Shown: piece after piece, positions 37,140 to 49,190 of the stretch | How the letters are laid out: each line of letters begins with the position of its first letter | How positions within the stretch are numbered: position 1 is the stretch's first letter | NCBI GenBank assembly: GCA_030704615.1 | Contig: CM060733.1 | Span: 13,392,001-13,456,000 of the forward strand | Length of the DNA stretch: 64,000 nucleotides | Source of the DNA: Takakia lepidozioides | Taxonomy: Eukaryota; Plantae; Bryophyta | Reading direction: 5' to 3' | Notes under the pieces: generated by a model | Seen by the model: the letters and a program-made list of their open reading frames with translations, nothing else | Database searches by the model: none | What the model was told of the DNA's origin: nothing | Program-made: the position numbers and the translations under genes

Positions 37140-40100
37140 GCCTGCATACTTTTCTGACCCTAGTCAATGGTGGCCCAATTGTGGCAAAAAGGTGAATGCA
37201 TGTTGGATTATAGAGAGTAGCAGATGCAATTGAGCATAGGAACTAGTGTGAGAAGTTGAGTTGGGTGTTTCCTAGAACAAATGTAGGCTATATTGTCAGT
37301 TGCTACCAGCAAGGCAAAGATGTATGCATGATTTGTGAGAGGCATGGATAGCTGAAGGAGCAGGGATAGAGTGTGGGTCCAGATTCATCCAAGAGGGCCA
37401 CAGTTCAAGCACAACATTGCCTATGATTCCTTGTGGAAGGATAGCTAAAGAAACCTGCATGGGTAGATGGTCAACTGGAAGCCGCAGCAGCAGTGGCACA
37501 ATTGGTAAAATCAGGCGATGAGGGCACCTTCTTCAACACATTTCACCCTGTTTTTCCCCCTTATCAGAATCAGCCCTAAATTTCCATGTTGAATTATGCA
37601 AGTTAGCTGGTTGAGTGAATCTTTGATAGATTGAAGTGACTTTGACATGATACTGCCAATGTGACAACAGGAAAGTATCCAAAAACAGGTACAAGAGATG
37701 AGGAGAAGGTGTGGAATGAATACTTTTCTGATCCAGTCAATGGTGGGACAACCGATGCAAAAAGGTGAATGCCTGGCAGATTACCAGATGTCATTTTGAA
37801 CACTGCCCTGGTGGAAATATATGCCAAATGTGGGTGCATCGAGGATGCCAAGGGAGTGTTCAACACTATGGCTAAACGAGATGTGGTGTCATGGAGTGCG
37901 ATGCTTGTAGGGGCATGGGATGGAGGCTTTGGAGACCTATGAGCAAATGATGGGGGAAGGGTGAAGCCCGACCACATAACATTTGTGTGTGTTGGCAGTG
38001 AGTGTGGGAGTCTGGCAGCCCTGGAAAATGGCAAAGAGATCCATCGTGACAATTTGCAATTGTACCAGATGTCATCCTGAACATGACTGCTCTGGTGGAC
38101 ACATGTATGCCAAATGTGGGAGCATTGAGGATGCGAAAGGAGTGTTCAATACTATGGCTGAACAAGATTGTACGTTTGCAGTGCGTGTGCAAGTCTGGCA
38201 GCCCTGCAAAAGGGCAAAGTGGTGCATGGTTGCATCACCAAAGCTGGAATTGTAACAGATGCGATTCTGAACAATGCCCTCGTGGACATGTATGCCAAAT
38301 ATATGTGAGAGCATTGAGGATGCGGAGGGAGTGTTCAACACTATGGCTGAACAAGATGTGGTGTCGTGGAGCGCGATGCTTGCAGGATGTGCACAGCAGT
38401 GAAGTGGGATGGAGCCTTTGGAGACCTATCATGACCAAATGATGGGGGAAGGGATGAAGCCCGACCACAACACATTTGTGTGCGTTTGCAGTGCGTGTGC
38501 AAGCCTGGCAGCTCTGGAAAAGGGAAGAGGTCCATGGTTTCATTGTCAAAGCTGGAATTGTATTTGACGTGATTCTGAACAATGCCCTCGTGGACATGTA
38601 TGCCAAATGTGGGAGCATCAAGGGCAAGCCTGCCAGCTCTGGAAAAGGGAAGATCGGGTCCATGGTTTCATTGTCAAAGCTTGCATTGTACCTGATTGTG
38701 ATTCTGGACAATGCCCTCGTGGACATGTATGCCAAATGTGGGAGCATCAAGGGCAAGCCTGCCAGCTCTGGAAAAGGTTCCGATCAGGTCCATGGTTTCA
38801 TTGTCTAAGCTGGAATTGTACCTGATGTGATTTTGAACAATGCCCTCATGGATATGTATGCCAAATGTGGGAGCATCAAGGGCAAGCCTGCCAGCTCTGG
38901 AAAAGGGAAGATCAGGTCCATGGTTTCATTGTCAAAGCTGGAATTGTACCTGATTGTGATTATGGACAATGCCCTCGTGGACAAGTATGCCAAATGTGGG
39001 AGCATCAAGGGCAAGCCTGGCAGCTCTGGAAAAGGGAAGATTAGGTCCATGCTTTAGGGATACCAAATGTGGGAGCATCAAGGGCAAGCCTGCCAGCTCT
39101 GGAAAAGGGAAGATCAAGTCCGTGGTTTCATTGTCTAAGCTGGAATTGTACCTGATTGTGATTCTGGACAATGCCCTTGTGGACATGTATGCCAAATGTG
39201 GGAGCATCAAGGGCAAGCCTGCCAGCTCTGGGAAAGGGAAGATCAGGTCTATGGTTTCATTGTCAAAGCTTGCATTGTACGTGATTGTGATTCTGGACAA
39301 TGCCCTCGTGGACATGTATGCCAAACGTGGGAGCATCAATGGCAAGCCTGCCAGCTCTGGAAAAGGTTCTGATCAGGTCCATGGTTTCATTGTCAAAGCT
39401 GGAATTGTACCTGATTGTGATTCTGGACAATGCCCTTGTGGACATGTATGCCAAATGTGGGAGCATCAAGGGCAAGCCTGCCAGCTCTGGAAAAAGGAAG
39501 AGGTCCATGGTTTCATTATCAAAGCTGGAATTATACCTGATGTGATTCTGGACAATGCCCTCGTGGACATGTATGCCAAATGTGTCAGCATGAAGGGCAA
39601 GCCTGGCAGCTTTGGAAAAGGGAAGAGGTCCATGGTTTCATTGTCAAAGCTGGAATTGTACCTGATGTGATTTTGAACAATGCCCTCGTGGACATGTACA
39701 CCAAATGTGGGAGCATCAAAGGCAAGCCTGCCAGCTCTGGAAAATGGAAGATCAGGTCTATGGTTTCATTGTCAAAGTTTGCATTGTACCTGATTGTGAT
39801 TCTAGACAATGCCCTCGTGGACATGTATGCCAAACGTGGGAGCATCAATGGCAAGCCTGCCAGCTCTGGAAAAGGTTCCGATCAGGTCCATGGTTTCATT
39901 GTCAAAGTTGGAATTGTACTTGATGTGATTTTGAACAATGCCCTCGTGGACATGTACGCCAAATGTGGGAGCATCAAGGGCAAGCCTGCCAGCTCCGGAA
40001 AATGGAAGATCAGGTCTATGGTTTCATTGTCAAAGCTTGCATTGTACCTGATTGTGATTCTGGACAATGCCCTCGTGGACATGTATGCCAAACGTGGGAG

Positions 40101-40460
40101 CATCAATGGCAAGCCTGCCAGCTCTGGAAAAGGTTCTGATCAGGTCCATGGTTTCATTATCAAAGCTGGAATTATACCTGATGTGATTCTGGACAATGCC
40201 CTCGTGGACATGTATGCCAAATGTGTCAGCATGAAGGGCAAGCCTGGCAGCTTTGGAAAAGGGAAGAGGTCCATGGTTTCATTGTCAAAGCTGGAATTAT
40301 ACCTGATGTGATTCTGGACAATGCCCTCGTGGACATGTATGCCAAATGTGTTAGCATGAAGGGAAAGCCTGGCAGCTCTGGAAAAGGGAAGAGGTCCATG
40401 GTTTCATTGTCAAAGCTGGAATTGTACCTGATGTGATTCTGAACAATGCTCTCGTGGACT
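37140..40460 (+). pseudogene. PPR fragment mosaic in inverted orientation relative to the flanking PPR blocks
   Basis: 37140-37760 is the reverse complement of modules at 19.5-20.2 kb and 43.1-43.7 kb. PPR motifs lie on the + strand. Confidence 0.88.
38500..40460 (+). repeat. Tandem array of a ~125-130-bp PPR-derived unit, ~15 copies
   Basis: Unit aatgccctcgtggacatgtatgccaaatgtgggagcatcaagggcaagcctgccagctctggaaaaggg...ggtccatggtttcattgtcaaagctggaattgtacctgat. Frame is not conserved across units. Confidence 0.92.
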
Positions 40461-41129
40461 ATGTTCCATGATGTTTAGTATACGGTTTGTCTGTAAATCA
40501 GTGATATTGAGTTTGCTTGACTTTGTATAGTGTAATATTCTACTGTGAAGCAGTAAAAGAGGACACATTTTAGTAAATATGTTTCACTCTGGGGTGTATA
40601 CACATATATACATATAAATATAAAAATACATACATACATACATATATATATATACACACAATATATATATGAATTGGGAGGTTTTTAATTTAATATTTGG
40701 GTTATTTTTTGTTTATTACTGTTATTTCGTTTTTTACATTTACTTTTAGTTTATATCTGTACATATGTGAATTAGTGGATATTGTATTTAAATATTTTGA
40801 TTCGCTGCACTGCATTGAAAATATATTACAAATACAACAAAACATAGAATACAAATACAGGTCGGAACCAAAAACATTTGGATGGCTCAAAACTGGTTTA
40901 TATCAAGAGTGTTTTGCAAAACAAGTTTTGGCCACATTCTACAAATGACCAACATGAGGGCCACGCTGCCATATCCATAGATCACTGCCCAACTGAAGTC
41001 ATTGGGTAAGGATAATCTGCTGTGCAGCTAGGTCCAGCACTATCGTGGACATTTCAAGAGAATATTTGAAATCATTTTGAGAATGATTTCCAGAGAATGG
41101 TGGTGCCAGCTACCTTGTCACCCAAAGTG

Positions 41130-44100
41130 ACATCCACTTCCAGGGCTGCCTTGACATACATATCCACCAAGGCAGTGTTTAGAGTGACAACTCCAGCTTT
41201 GACGATGTCATCATGGACCTTTGTGCCCTTTTGAGGGCTGCCAGGCTCACATTTGACGTAGATGTACACCAGGGGAATGTTCAGAATGACATCTGGTATA
41301 ATTCCAGATTGGATAATGTCACCATAAACCTCTTTGCCCCTTCCCAGGGCTGCTAGGCTCGCATATGCATATTACAAATTGGTAAATCCTGCCAACATTA
41401 TATTCCACGTGATCAAGATCGTTGAGGCACTCTGTGGAAAACCTGGTGAGCATCCATGATGCTCCCACACTTAACATACATGTTGACAAGGGTGTTGAGT
41501 AGAAAAACATTTGCCGTTAATCCACTTTGGATAATGTGAGTGTGCACCTGTTTCCAGCTTCCAGACCTTTCATCTTGATGCACTTAAGCAAGAGACAGAC
41601 AGACGTATCTGAATCTGCTGAAATGCCTTGTTGGTTTAAAGTTGTAGAGCCTCTGTCAGTCTGCCTGCCTCACAAAGCATCTTCACATGCCTAGCAGAAG
41701 AGGCATTGTGGACTCCCTCTCTTGATCCTCTTTCAGAAGTTGTGGTCATGGTTGAGGTGCCTGATTTTATCAACTGTGCCGCTGCAGCTGCTACCTTTAC
41801 TTGACCATCTACCCATGCACCAGGTTTCTTGTAGCTATTGATCCACATGGAATCATAGGTAATCTGGAGCTTGAAATCCAGCCCTCTTGGATGAATCTGG
41901 ACCCACACTATCCCTGCCCCTTTAGCTATCCATACCTCTGCACAAATCATGCATACATCCTTGCCTTGCTGCTAGCAGCTGACAATGACAGCCTAGAATT
42001 GCTCCAGCAAACACCCCAACCCTACTTATCACAGTAGTTCAAAGTCACTCCAAACCACCACAGATCCACCCAATGAGCTAACTTACAGAATTCAATATGC
42101 ATCTCAGGGCCAAGTCTGATGAGGGGGCAAAACAGGCTGCAACAGGTCAAAGAAGAAGGTGCCCTCACCACATTGTCCTTGACCCATGGAGGATTTGACC
42201 GAGCATCAACCCAGTCAGGTAATGTTGGATTGGTCTGTGAGAACCACCACGGTGCAGCTGAGCAGGCAGAGATTGAAACACGGCCTACTAAGACCAAGCT
42301 GACTCTCCCAAGAACCTTGTAAACATCAGGAAGAACACCAAATCATGGTACTAACAGGAGCCAAGAGCCCACCTTTGCAGGATAGACAAACTTCTTCACA
42401 TCGTACATTAAGAAAAGCCACACCTTGTGATTGCGGTTGTCCCACCATCGTGAAGGATCTTTATAAAACTCATGCCAGCTCACATCATGAATGAGCTAAC
42501 TTGCAGAATTCATTAGCAGCGAATTGTTCTATCAATTGGGCTGCTGCCGCTTCTGTTTCCAGGATGACATCTGGTACAATTCCAGCTTTGACAATGTCAC
42601 TATGGACCTCTTTGCCCTTTTCCAGAGCTCCCAGGCTTGCACACGCATTGCAAACACAAACAAACGCGATGTGGTTGGGCTTCACCCCTTCGCGCAACAT
42701 TTGCTCATAGGTCTCCTAAGCATTCCTACCACACCTACGCTTGGTAAATCCTGCCAACATAATATTCCACGTGATCAAAGATCATTGAGGCATTCTGTTG
42801 AACACTTGGTGAGCATCCATGATGCTCCCGCACTTAACATACATGTTGACAAGGGTGTTGAGTAGAAAAACATTGGTGTGAATCCACTTTGGATAATGTG
42901 AGTGTGCACCTGCTTTCCAGCTTCCAGACCATCCATCTTGATGCACTTAAGCAACAGACAGACATATCTGAATCTGCTGAAATGCCTCCTTGGTTTAGAG
43001 TCTGTAGAGCCTCTGTCAGTCTGCCTGCTGCACAAAGTATCTTCACATGCCCAGAAGTGCCAGAAGAGGCATTGTGGACTCCCTCTCTTGATCCTCTAAT
43101 TTCAACAGCTGTGGTCATGGATGAGGTGCCTGATTTTATCAACTGTGCCACTGCAGCTGCTGCCTTTAGTTGACCATCTACACATGCAGGTTTCTTGTAG
43201 CTACTGATCCACCTGAAATCAAGGTAATCTGGAGCTTGAAGTCCAGCCCTCTTGGATGAATCTGGACCCACACTCTATCCCCGCTCCTTCAACTATCCAT
43301 GCCTCTGCACAAATGATGCATACATCCTTGCCTTGCAGCTGATAATGACAGCCTAGATTTGTTCTAGGAAACACCCAACTCAGCTTATTACACTAGTTCC
43401 TATATTGAATGTCTGCTACTCTCCTGTAATCTAACAAGCATTCACCTTTTTGCCTGGTGTCCCACCATTGACTGGGGTCAGAAAAGTATTCATTCCACAG
43501 CTTCTCATCTCTGTTACGTATTTTTGGATACTTTCCTGTTGTCACAGTGGCAGTATCATGTCAAAGTCACTCCAAACTACATTCACTCAACCAGCTAACT
43601 TGCATAATTCAACATGGAAATTTAGGGCCGATTCTGATAAGAGGGAAAAACAGGGTGAATGTGAAGAAGGTGCCTTGATTACCAGTGCCTGATTTTATCA
43701 GTTGTGCCGCTGCTACTGCGGCATGACAGTTGACCATCTATCCATGCAGGTTTCTTGTAGCTATTGATCTACAGGAAATCATAAGTAATCTTGTGCTTGA
43801 AATCTGGCCCTTTTGGATGAATCTAGACCTACTCTCTATCCCTGCTCCTTCAGCTATCTCTGCCTCTGCACAAATCATGCACACATTAGGGAGCTAATGA
43901 CAGGGGAGGAGGGCATGGCAATTCGAACCAGGGTAGGGAAGCTCAAATATTGTGCTCATGAGGATATGGCAGAGGGTGGATCCTCAACTAAAAACTTGCT
44001 GGCCTTTGTGGAGGATCTCAAGTCTCAGATTGTGCATACCAAGACTTTGCAGGAATAATGATTGATTGTTGACACAGTCTCTCGCATGCCCTAAGATCTG

Positions 44101-44775
44101 AAAATCAAGTTGAAAAAGTAAACCACGTGACTCTATTCAACCCATCTGCTGAAGGCCTTAAGAGACATTTAGGGCCGGTTCTGATAAGAGGAAAAAACAG
44201 GGTGAAATGTGTTGAAGAAGGTGCCTTGAGTAGCAGTACCTGAATTTTATCAATTGTGCCGCCGCTACTGCTGTTGCGGCTTCCAGTTGACCATCTACGC
44301 ATGCAGGTTTCTTGTAGCTATCATTCCACAGGGATTCATAGGTAATCTGGAGCTTGAAATCCGGCCCTCTTGGATGAATCTGGACCCACACTCTAGCCCT
44401 GCTCCTTCGGCTATCCATACCTCTGCACAAATCATGCATAGTACCTCCTTGCTTTGCTGCTAGCAGCGGACAATGACAGCCTAGATTTGTTCCAGCAAAC
44501 ACCCTAACCCTACTTCTCACACTAGTTCCTATGCTAACTTGCGCTTCCAACAGGCGTTCACCTTTTTGCACCAACGTCGAGCTAACTTGCAGAATTCAAC
44601 CTGAAAATTTGGGGATGACTCTGAATCCTGATAACAGGGAAAACAGGCTGAAATGTGTTGAAGAAGGTGCTCATATGTCTGCAAAGCCTCCATCCCGCGC
44701 CCGCTGTGCATATCCTGCAATCATCGCACTCCACGACACCACATCTCGTTCAGCCATACTGTTGAACACTCCCTG
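41130..44775 (-). pseudogene. PPR gene 5' modules (three to four partial copies)
   Basis: MLCEAGRLTEALQ.LNQ.GISADSD..VCLLLKCIKM.GLEAGKQVHTHIIQSG at ~41400-41750 and ~42560-43120, plus repeated upstream modules. Confidence 0.85.
43885..44058 (+). pseudogene. Captured 3' end of a UDP-glycosyltransferase gene
   Basis: IRELMTGEEGMAIRTRVGKLKYCAHEDMAEGGSSTKNLLAFVEDLK matches the family-1 UGT C-terminal consensus (RELM.GEEG..R.R...LK..A..A..EGGSS..NL..FV). Confidence 0.8.
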
Positions 44776-45131
44776 CTGTCTCCGCTCTAAAGCTCCCATA
44801 TAGCACACGTCGTGACCGTGGCCGACACAACAAGAGCAAACATACAGGTCGATCCCACAAACAGTACACTCGCTGCGCGGCATTTCTCTCTCTCTATTCT
44901 CTCCTCCCCCCGCCCACCCGCTCTCTCATGTACACACAGCAAGATACTAGTCTTTTAGAAACCGCTTATCCTGGTTCGCGAACCTTAAGAAAACACATGG
45001 TCAAAGACAAACAAACTCTAAGTCCCTAAGCCTGCGGAGCTCTCGAACCACGCCGACCCCAAAAAAACACTAAGTCCCAGCCAGGCTGCACACTGCAACC
45101 TAGCAACCCTAAACTCGAGCCAAGTGCATTA

Positions 45132-45380
45132 TCATACGTTCATACAATAGTTGCCAGCAAGGCGTTTTCTTTATCGTTTGTTCATACGTTCATCTAGTGC
45201 ACACAAATTATATTTCATACGTTCATCCAATAGCTGCCAGCAAGGCGTTTGTTTATCACTCGTTCAGGTAATCCAGTTGTTTTGTTTCACTAACCTTTCA
45301 TACATTCATCCAATAGCTGCCAGCAAGGCGTTTATTTATCATTCGTTCATATAATTCAGTTGTTTTGTTTCACTAACCTT
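45132..45380 (+). repeat. Tandem repeat, 83-bp unit x3
   Basis: aatag(t/c)tgccagcaaggcgttt at ~45146, 45229 and 45312. Confidence 0.85.
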
Positions 45381-46279
45381 AACCAGCACACGATTAGTTT
45401 ACTATTAATGTGCTGGGTCAGTGAAAAAATAGTTACTTGTTTTACTTCTTATTATCCAGATATATATTGCTATATAATTTATATATTGTGATTACATGTG
45501 CCATTGCTTAACTGGTTGTCTCAGTCAGCTCATTTTAGGTAGTCAAAGTCTCTCACTACAGTTTTATGTTTGAGAGCTCTAAAATAACCATCCACTATAA
45601 ACAATGCAACCATATAAGTTTACAAATTGTATACCATATAAAGATGCAGCCAATCAAAACACAAAAAAAAAATGAGGGTGGCTATTTACTGGCTCACATC
45701 TGCATCCCAGACGTGATCCCGACCGTCCAAAAATGTGAGATTTGTCCTCTCGTAAATTGAGGTAGCAGGATTTGAACCCGAAATCATCTTATGACACTCA
45801 CTATTTTATCCAATGATTCGTGCAGTTATTAATAATTTTGCTAGATTGTTAAAAATATAAAATTAAACTCTAACTGGCTATAGCCGGTCCAATATAAACG
45901 GTGAGATCACACCTATACGAGATCTACACACATATGTCACAAAGAAACCAACAACAATTCCAACTATCATGCACCTATAACAAACCATATATATCAATAT
46001 GGTTATCTTCCCCACATCTAGTGCATGCCATGTCCAACCACTTTTGGACCTCTCTTATAATTATTGATGCCCAAATCAGACAAACACTTTCGATACGACC
46101 AACACAAAAGAAGAAATCTATTCTGGCCTTTATTATACCCTAACAAACATTGTACATTACGCCACTATACAGCCCCAAAGTGGACACATGGCCACACCCG
46201 CTTCTCCATTGTAAGCACCCCATACTCCATGGATTACATATAACCAGACACAACCAATGAGTTTGGCATTTTCAGAGGT

Positions 46280-47049
46280 CTTGGGTGGGTATCAACTAGG
46301 GTAAGGGTAATGGTATAAAGGATCATACCAGGCAGGTACCTACAAGGGCAAAACCGGGCAGTACCCTGGTGGGGTAGGAGACATGGACTTCTAAAACCCC
46401 GGCACAAAACATACCAGTATGGTCTTCTTTCTCGCACTACCACTCCAATACCCTGCATGCGTCGGTTGAGGGACCGGATGTAGGGGTAGGGTTTAGGGTA
46501 GTTTTCATTAGGGATACTAACTACATATAGCGTTTTCAAGAGGACACTTCAATGAGGATGGAGGCACATATTTGAGGCAGATTTGACGAGATTGTGGCGC
46601 TGGGAGGCATTTTTGCATGGCTCCACCTTCATGTCTAGAAGTTTGGTAGGGTTTTCAACGGATTTCCTCTTCTTAAATGTGCATCTGCTGCTGTTTTGCT
46701 TTGCTTTGTTTTGAAAACAGATATTACCTCAACAATATTTTTTGAGGGAGGGTGAATAGTTGAAATCTTAATATGGTTTAAAGGGCCTCCGTCAATTTTT
46801 TAATTTTAATTTTAATTTTAATTTTTTAAACCAGACCCTGGCACATACCAGGCTGGTATGACTTAAATAATAATAATAATAATACCACACAAGTCAGATT
46901 TTCACTTTGATACCCTACCATATACCATACCAGGCTATTAAATTTATACATCATTTGATACCAGTACCATACTGGTTTCAATAATTCAACCGTATCCCAA
47001 TACCTTTACCCTAGTGGTATCAAAAAACCATGATACCAGTCCAACACTG
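46280..47049. mobile_element. hAT-like MITE related to 11799-12890 (left end unclear)
   Basis: Right TIR gataccagtccaacactg ends at 47049. CATACCAG subterminal repeats. Confidence 0.5.
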
Positions 47050-48371
47050 GTAGGTATGTTTCAAGGTTAGACCACCGGACCACACAATATCTCCATGGCT
47101 TCTACCTGCACATGTCTCTATAGTTCCATGTTGTTGTCTAGCAAGGTTATGCCCTGATATAAGAGCCTCTTCCCTTTGCAGGTACTGCCCTCTATCAGAA
47201 CTAGAACCACTTACGTAGTGGCAACCACTTTCAATCTTTCTTTTGTTGAGGATTAAGGCTGTAAGTGACGTAATTGTTGTGAAGTGTAGGGTGCATAGGA
47301 GTGGGGTGGTGTATTTAACGAAAGTTTGAGGTTTTCTTTGAGAATTTGCGTGTTGTGGCAATGTGCTTCCCCTTTGACGCCAGCGGTAATGATAGTCAAA
47401 CGGGCAGTGTTCCATCCATGGTGACGAAGGGCTAAGATGAGCGGTTCATATTTTCATGTTTATACATAATTGATTGGTTAGGGTCTCTATCATGACAAAA
47501 TGTAAATTCTATTATATCAATGGTGACATGTTGAAAGAGGTTAGCTCCGGTTGGTGTTATATATATATATATATATCAAGTTCTGCGTCTAACACAAACT
47601 GTTCACAAGAGGTCATGGTGGGTATGCAAGTGGCACATGCAAGTGAGTGGACATTGCAAGCAATTTGCAATACTCGTCCGCCGAGGTCCCTTCCCATTTT
47701 ATCGGGTGCGCTAGCTCAGCGACCGGGTCCTACTGCCCGCCCCATACATGGAAGCGATATGGGAACCCTCCCTTAAACTGTGGCCCGGGTACATGGAAGG
47801 CAGCTCTTACGCCCCCAGTTTCAGGCAGCCCCCCTACGAGGGCCTCACCCTGTGTAAAGATACAACAAAAATTTGATGGCTGCGATTTCCTTGATCGGAT
47901 GGCTCACAAGAGTAGGAACCTTCCACCTTACACGACATAAGGTGCCATCCTCACCTGACGAGAAAATCCCTCCCTATAAGGGGCCATCCTCTCTAACTAA
48001 GAAATCCGGCCGGATCTCTGCGAGCGAAATAACAGCTCCAAGAGGGAGGTGAGAACCGAAAAAGCTAGAAGGCCAGTAGTAAGAAGAAAAAGAAAACAGG
48101 TTAGAAGAATCAGCAAGCAGTTGTTTCTAAAGATGGAATACGGTATCCTGAAATTAGATCCGATGGGGGTAAATGCAGCTTAGATTCAGTTAAGAGACTA
48201 GGGTAGAAGCAGTCTTCATGGCGCAGGTAAATGGGTGAATGTAATAACTTTTTGTGCTTCTAATAGCAGAAAGCTCTTAAGATAAGACAACTTTTCTTAG
48301 CTGAAAGTTAAACGAGATTCTGACTATATCTGCTATTGAAAGTGGATAAAAGTAGAGGATGTCAATGTTAA

Positions 48372-49190
48372 CCCTTAAGCTCCCAAGCCCTTTTTTGACA
48401 TTTTACCAATTTTGGGTACCCAGCTGCAGTAAATTGCCCCTAGAAACCTACCAAAAATCATCCAGAGATTCCAGCTTTATAGCAATGGGCCCAGCTCATT
48501 TATGTATGACATACCAAAAAAATGAGCCAAGTCCACCCTGGAAATTGTGAGATTATAGCGTTGGCCCGGACGTCAAATATCAGGTCCCAAAAAAGAAGTG
48601 AGAAAGAAATTGGTTTGACCAAATCAAAATCTAGCTTTATCCAATTTCGCTTGCCCCAAGACCCACCATTTCCAAATCAATAGTGGAGTGGCTATGACCC
48701 CACTAAATTGCAGGTCCATTCACCTATGGTTGCTATGCATGCAATTACATGGGGGTTGAAATCTCAAAATTGACAAGAGAAAATGTGCCTCCAAACGAAG
48801 TATTTTTTTTTTTCTACAAATTTTTTAAAAGCTAATGGTGGATGTGTGTATGTAATGCTCACACACCACAAGGTGAAGTGCTTTTTCCAAAATTGCTAAT
48901 TTTCTGCCAAAAATGGCCTTGGGAGTGCAATCTTTTTGGGCTTGTTTACCTGCCACGTCAGCGGTCAACAAGCCCTTTTCAGGCCCCAAAACGTAAATGA
49001 GAGATTAAGATATTTTTTGTAGGTCGTAGCTTTTGTTTTTTTTTTAAATTTTTGTTTTTTGCATCATACTCGAGACAAATCCCTTGTCATTAAAGCTTCA
49101 GGAGTGGGCCCCATCAGATTAGATCTGCAAAAATTAGGTCGAACTGCAAATTCGAAGTGACCCAATTGAGGTCGCTTGGGAACTTAAGGG
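48372..49190. mobile_element. piggyBac-like MITE (819 bp)
   Basis: TTAA|CCCTTAAGCTCCCAAGC ... GCTTGGGAACTTAAGGG|TTAA: 17-bp TIR (16/17) starting CCC, with TTAA on both sides. Confidence 0.72.

Noticed and set aside
38969-40311. 233- and 243-aa ORFs in the PPR satellite
   Set aside because: They switch between PPR and non-PPR frames within each unit; artefacts of the repeat.
20960-40460. CRISPR-like interpretation of the regular repeats
   Set aside because: Eukaryotic context; units are fully repeated with no unique spacers.
45510-45890. Possible MITE with degenerate inverted ends
   Set aside because: Inverted similarity is weak and there is no TSD.
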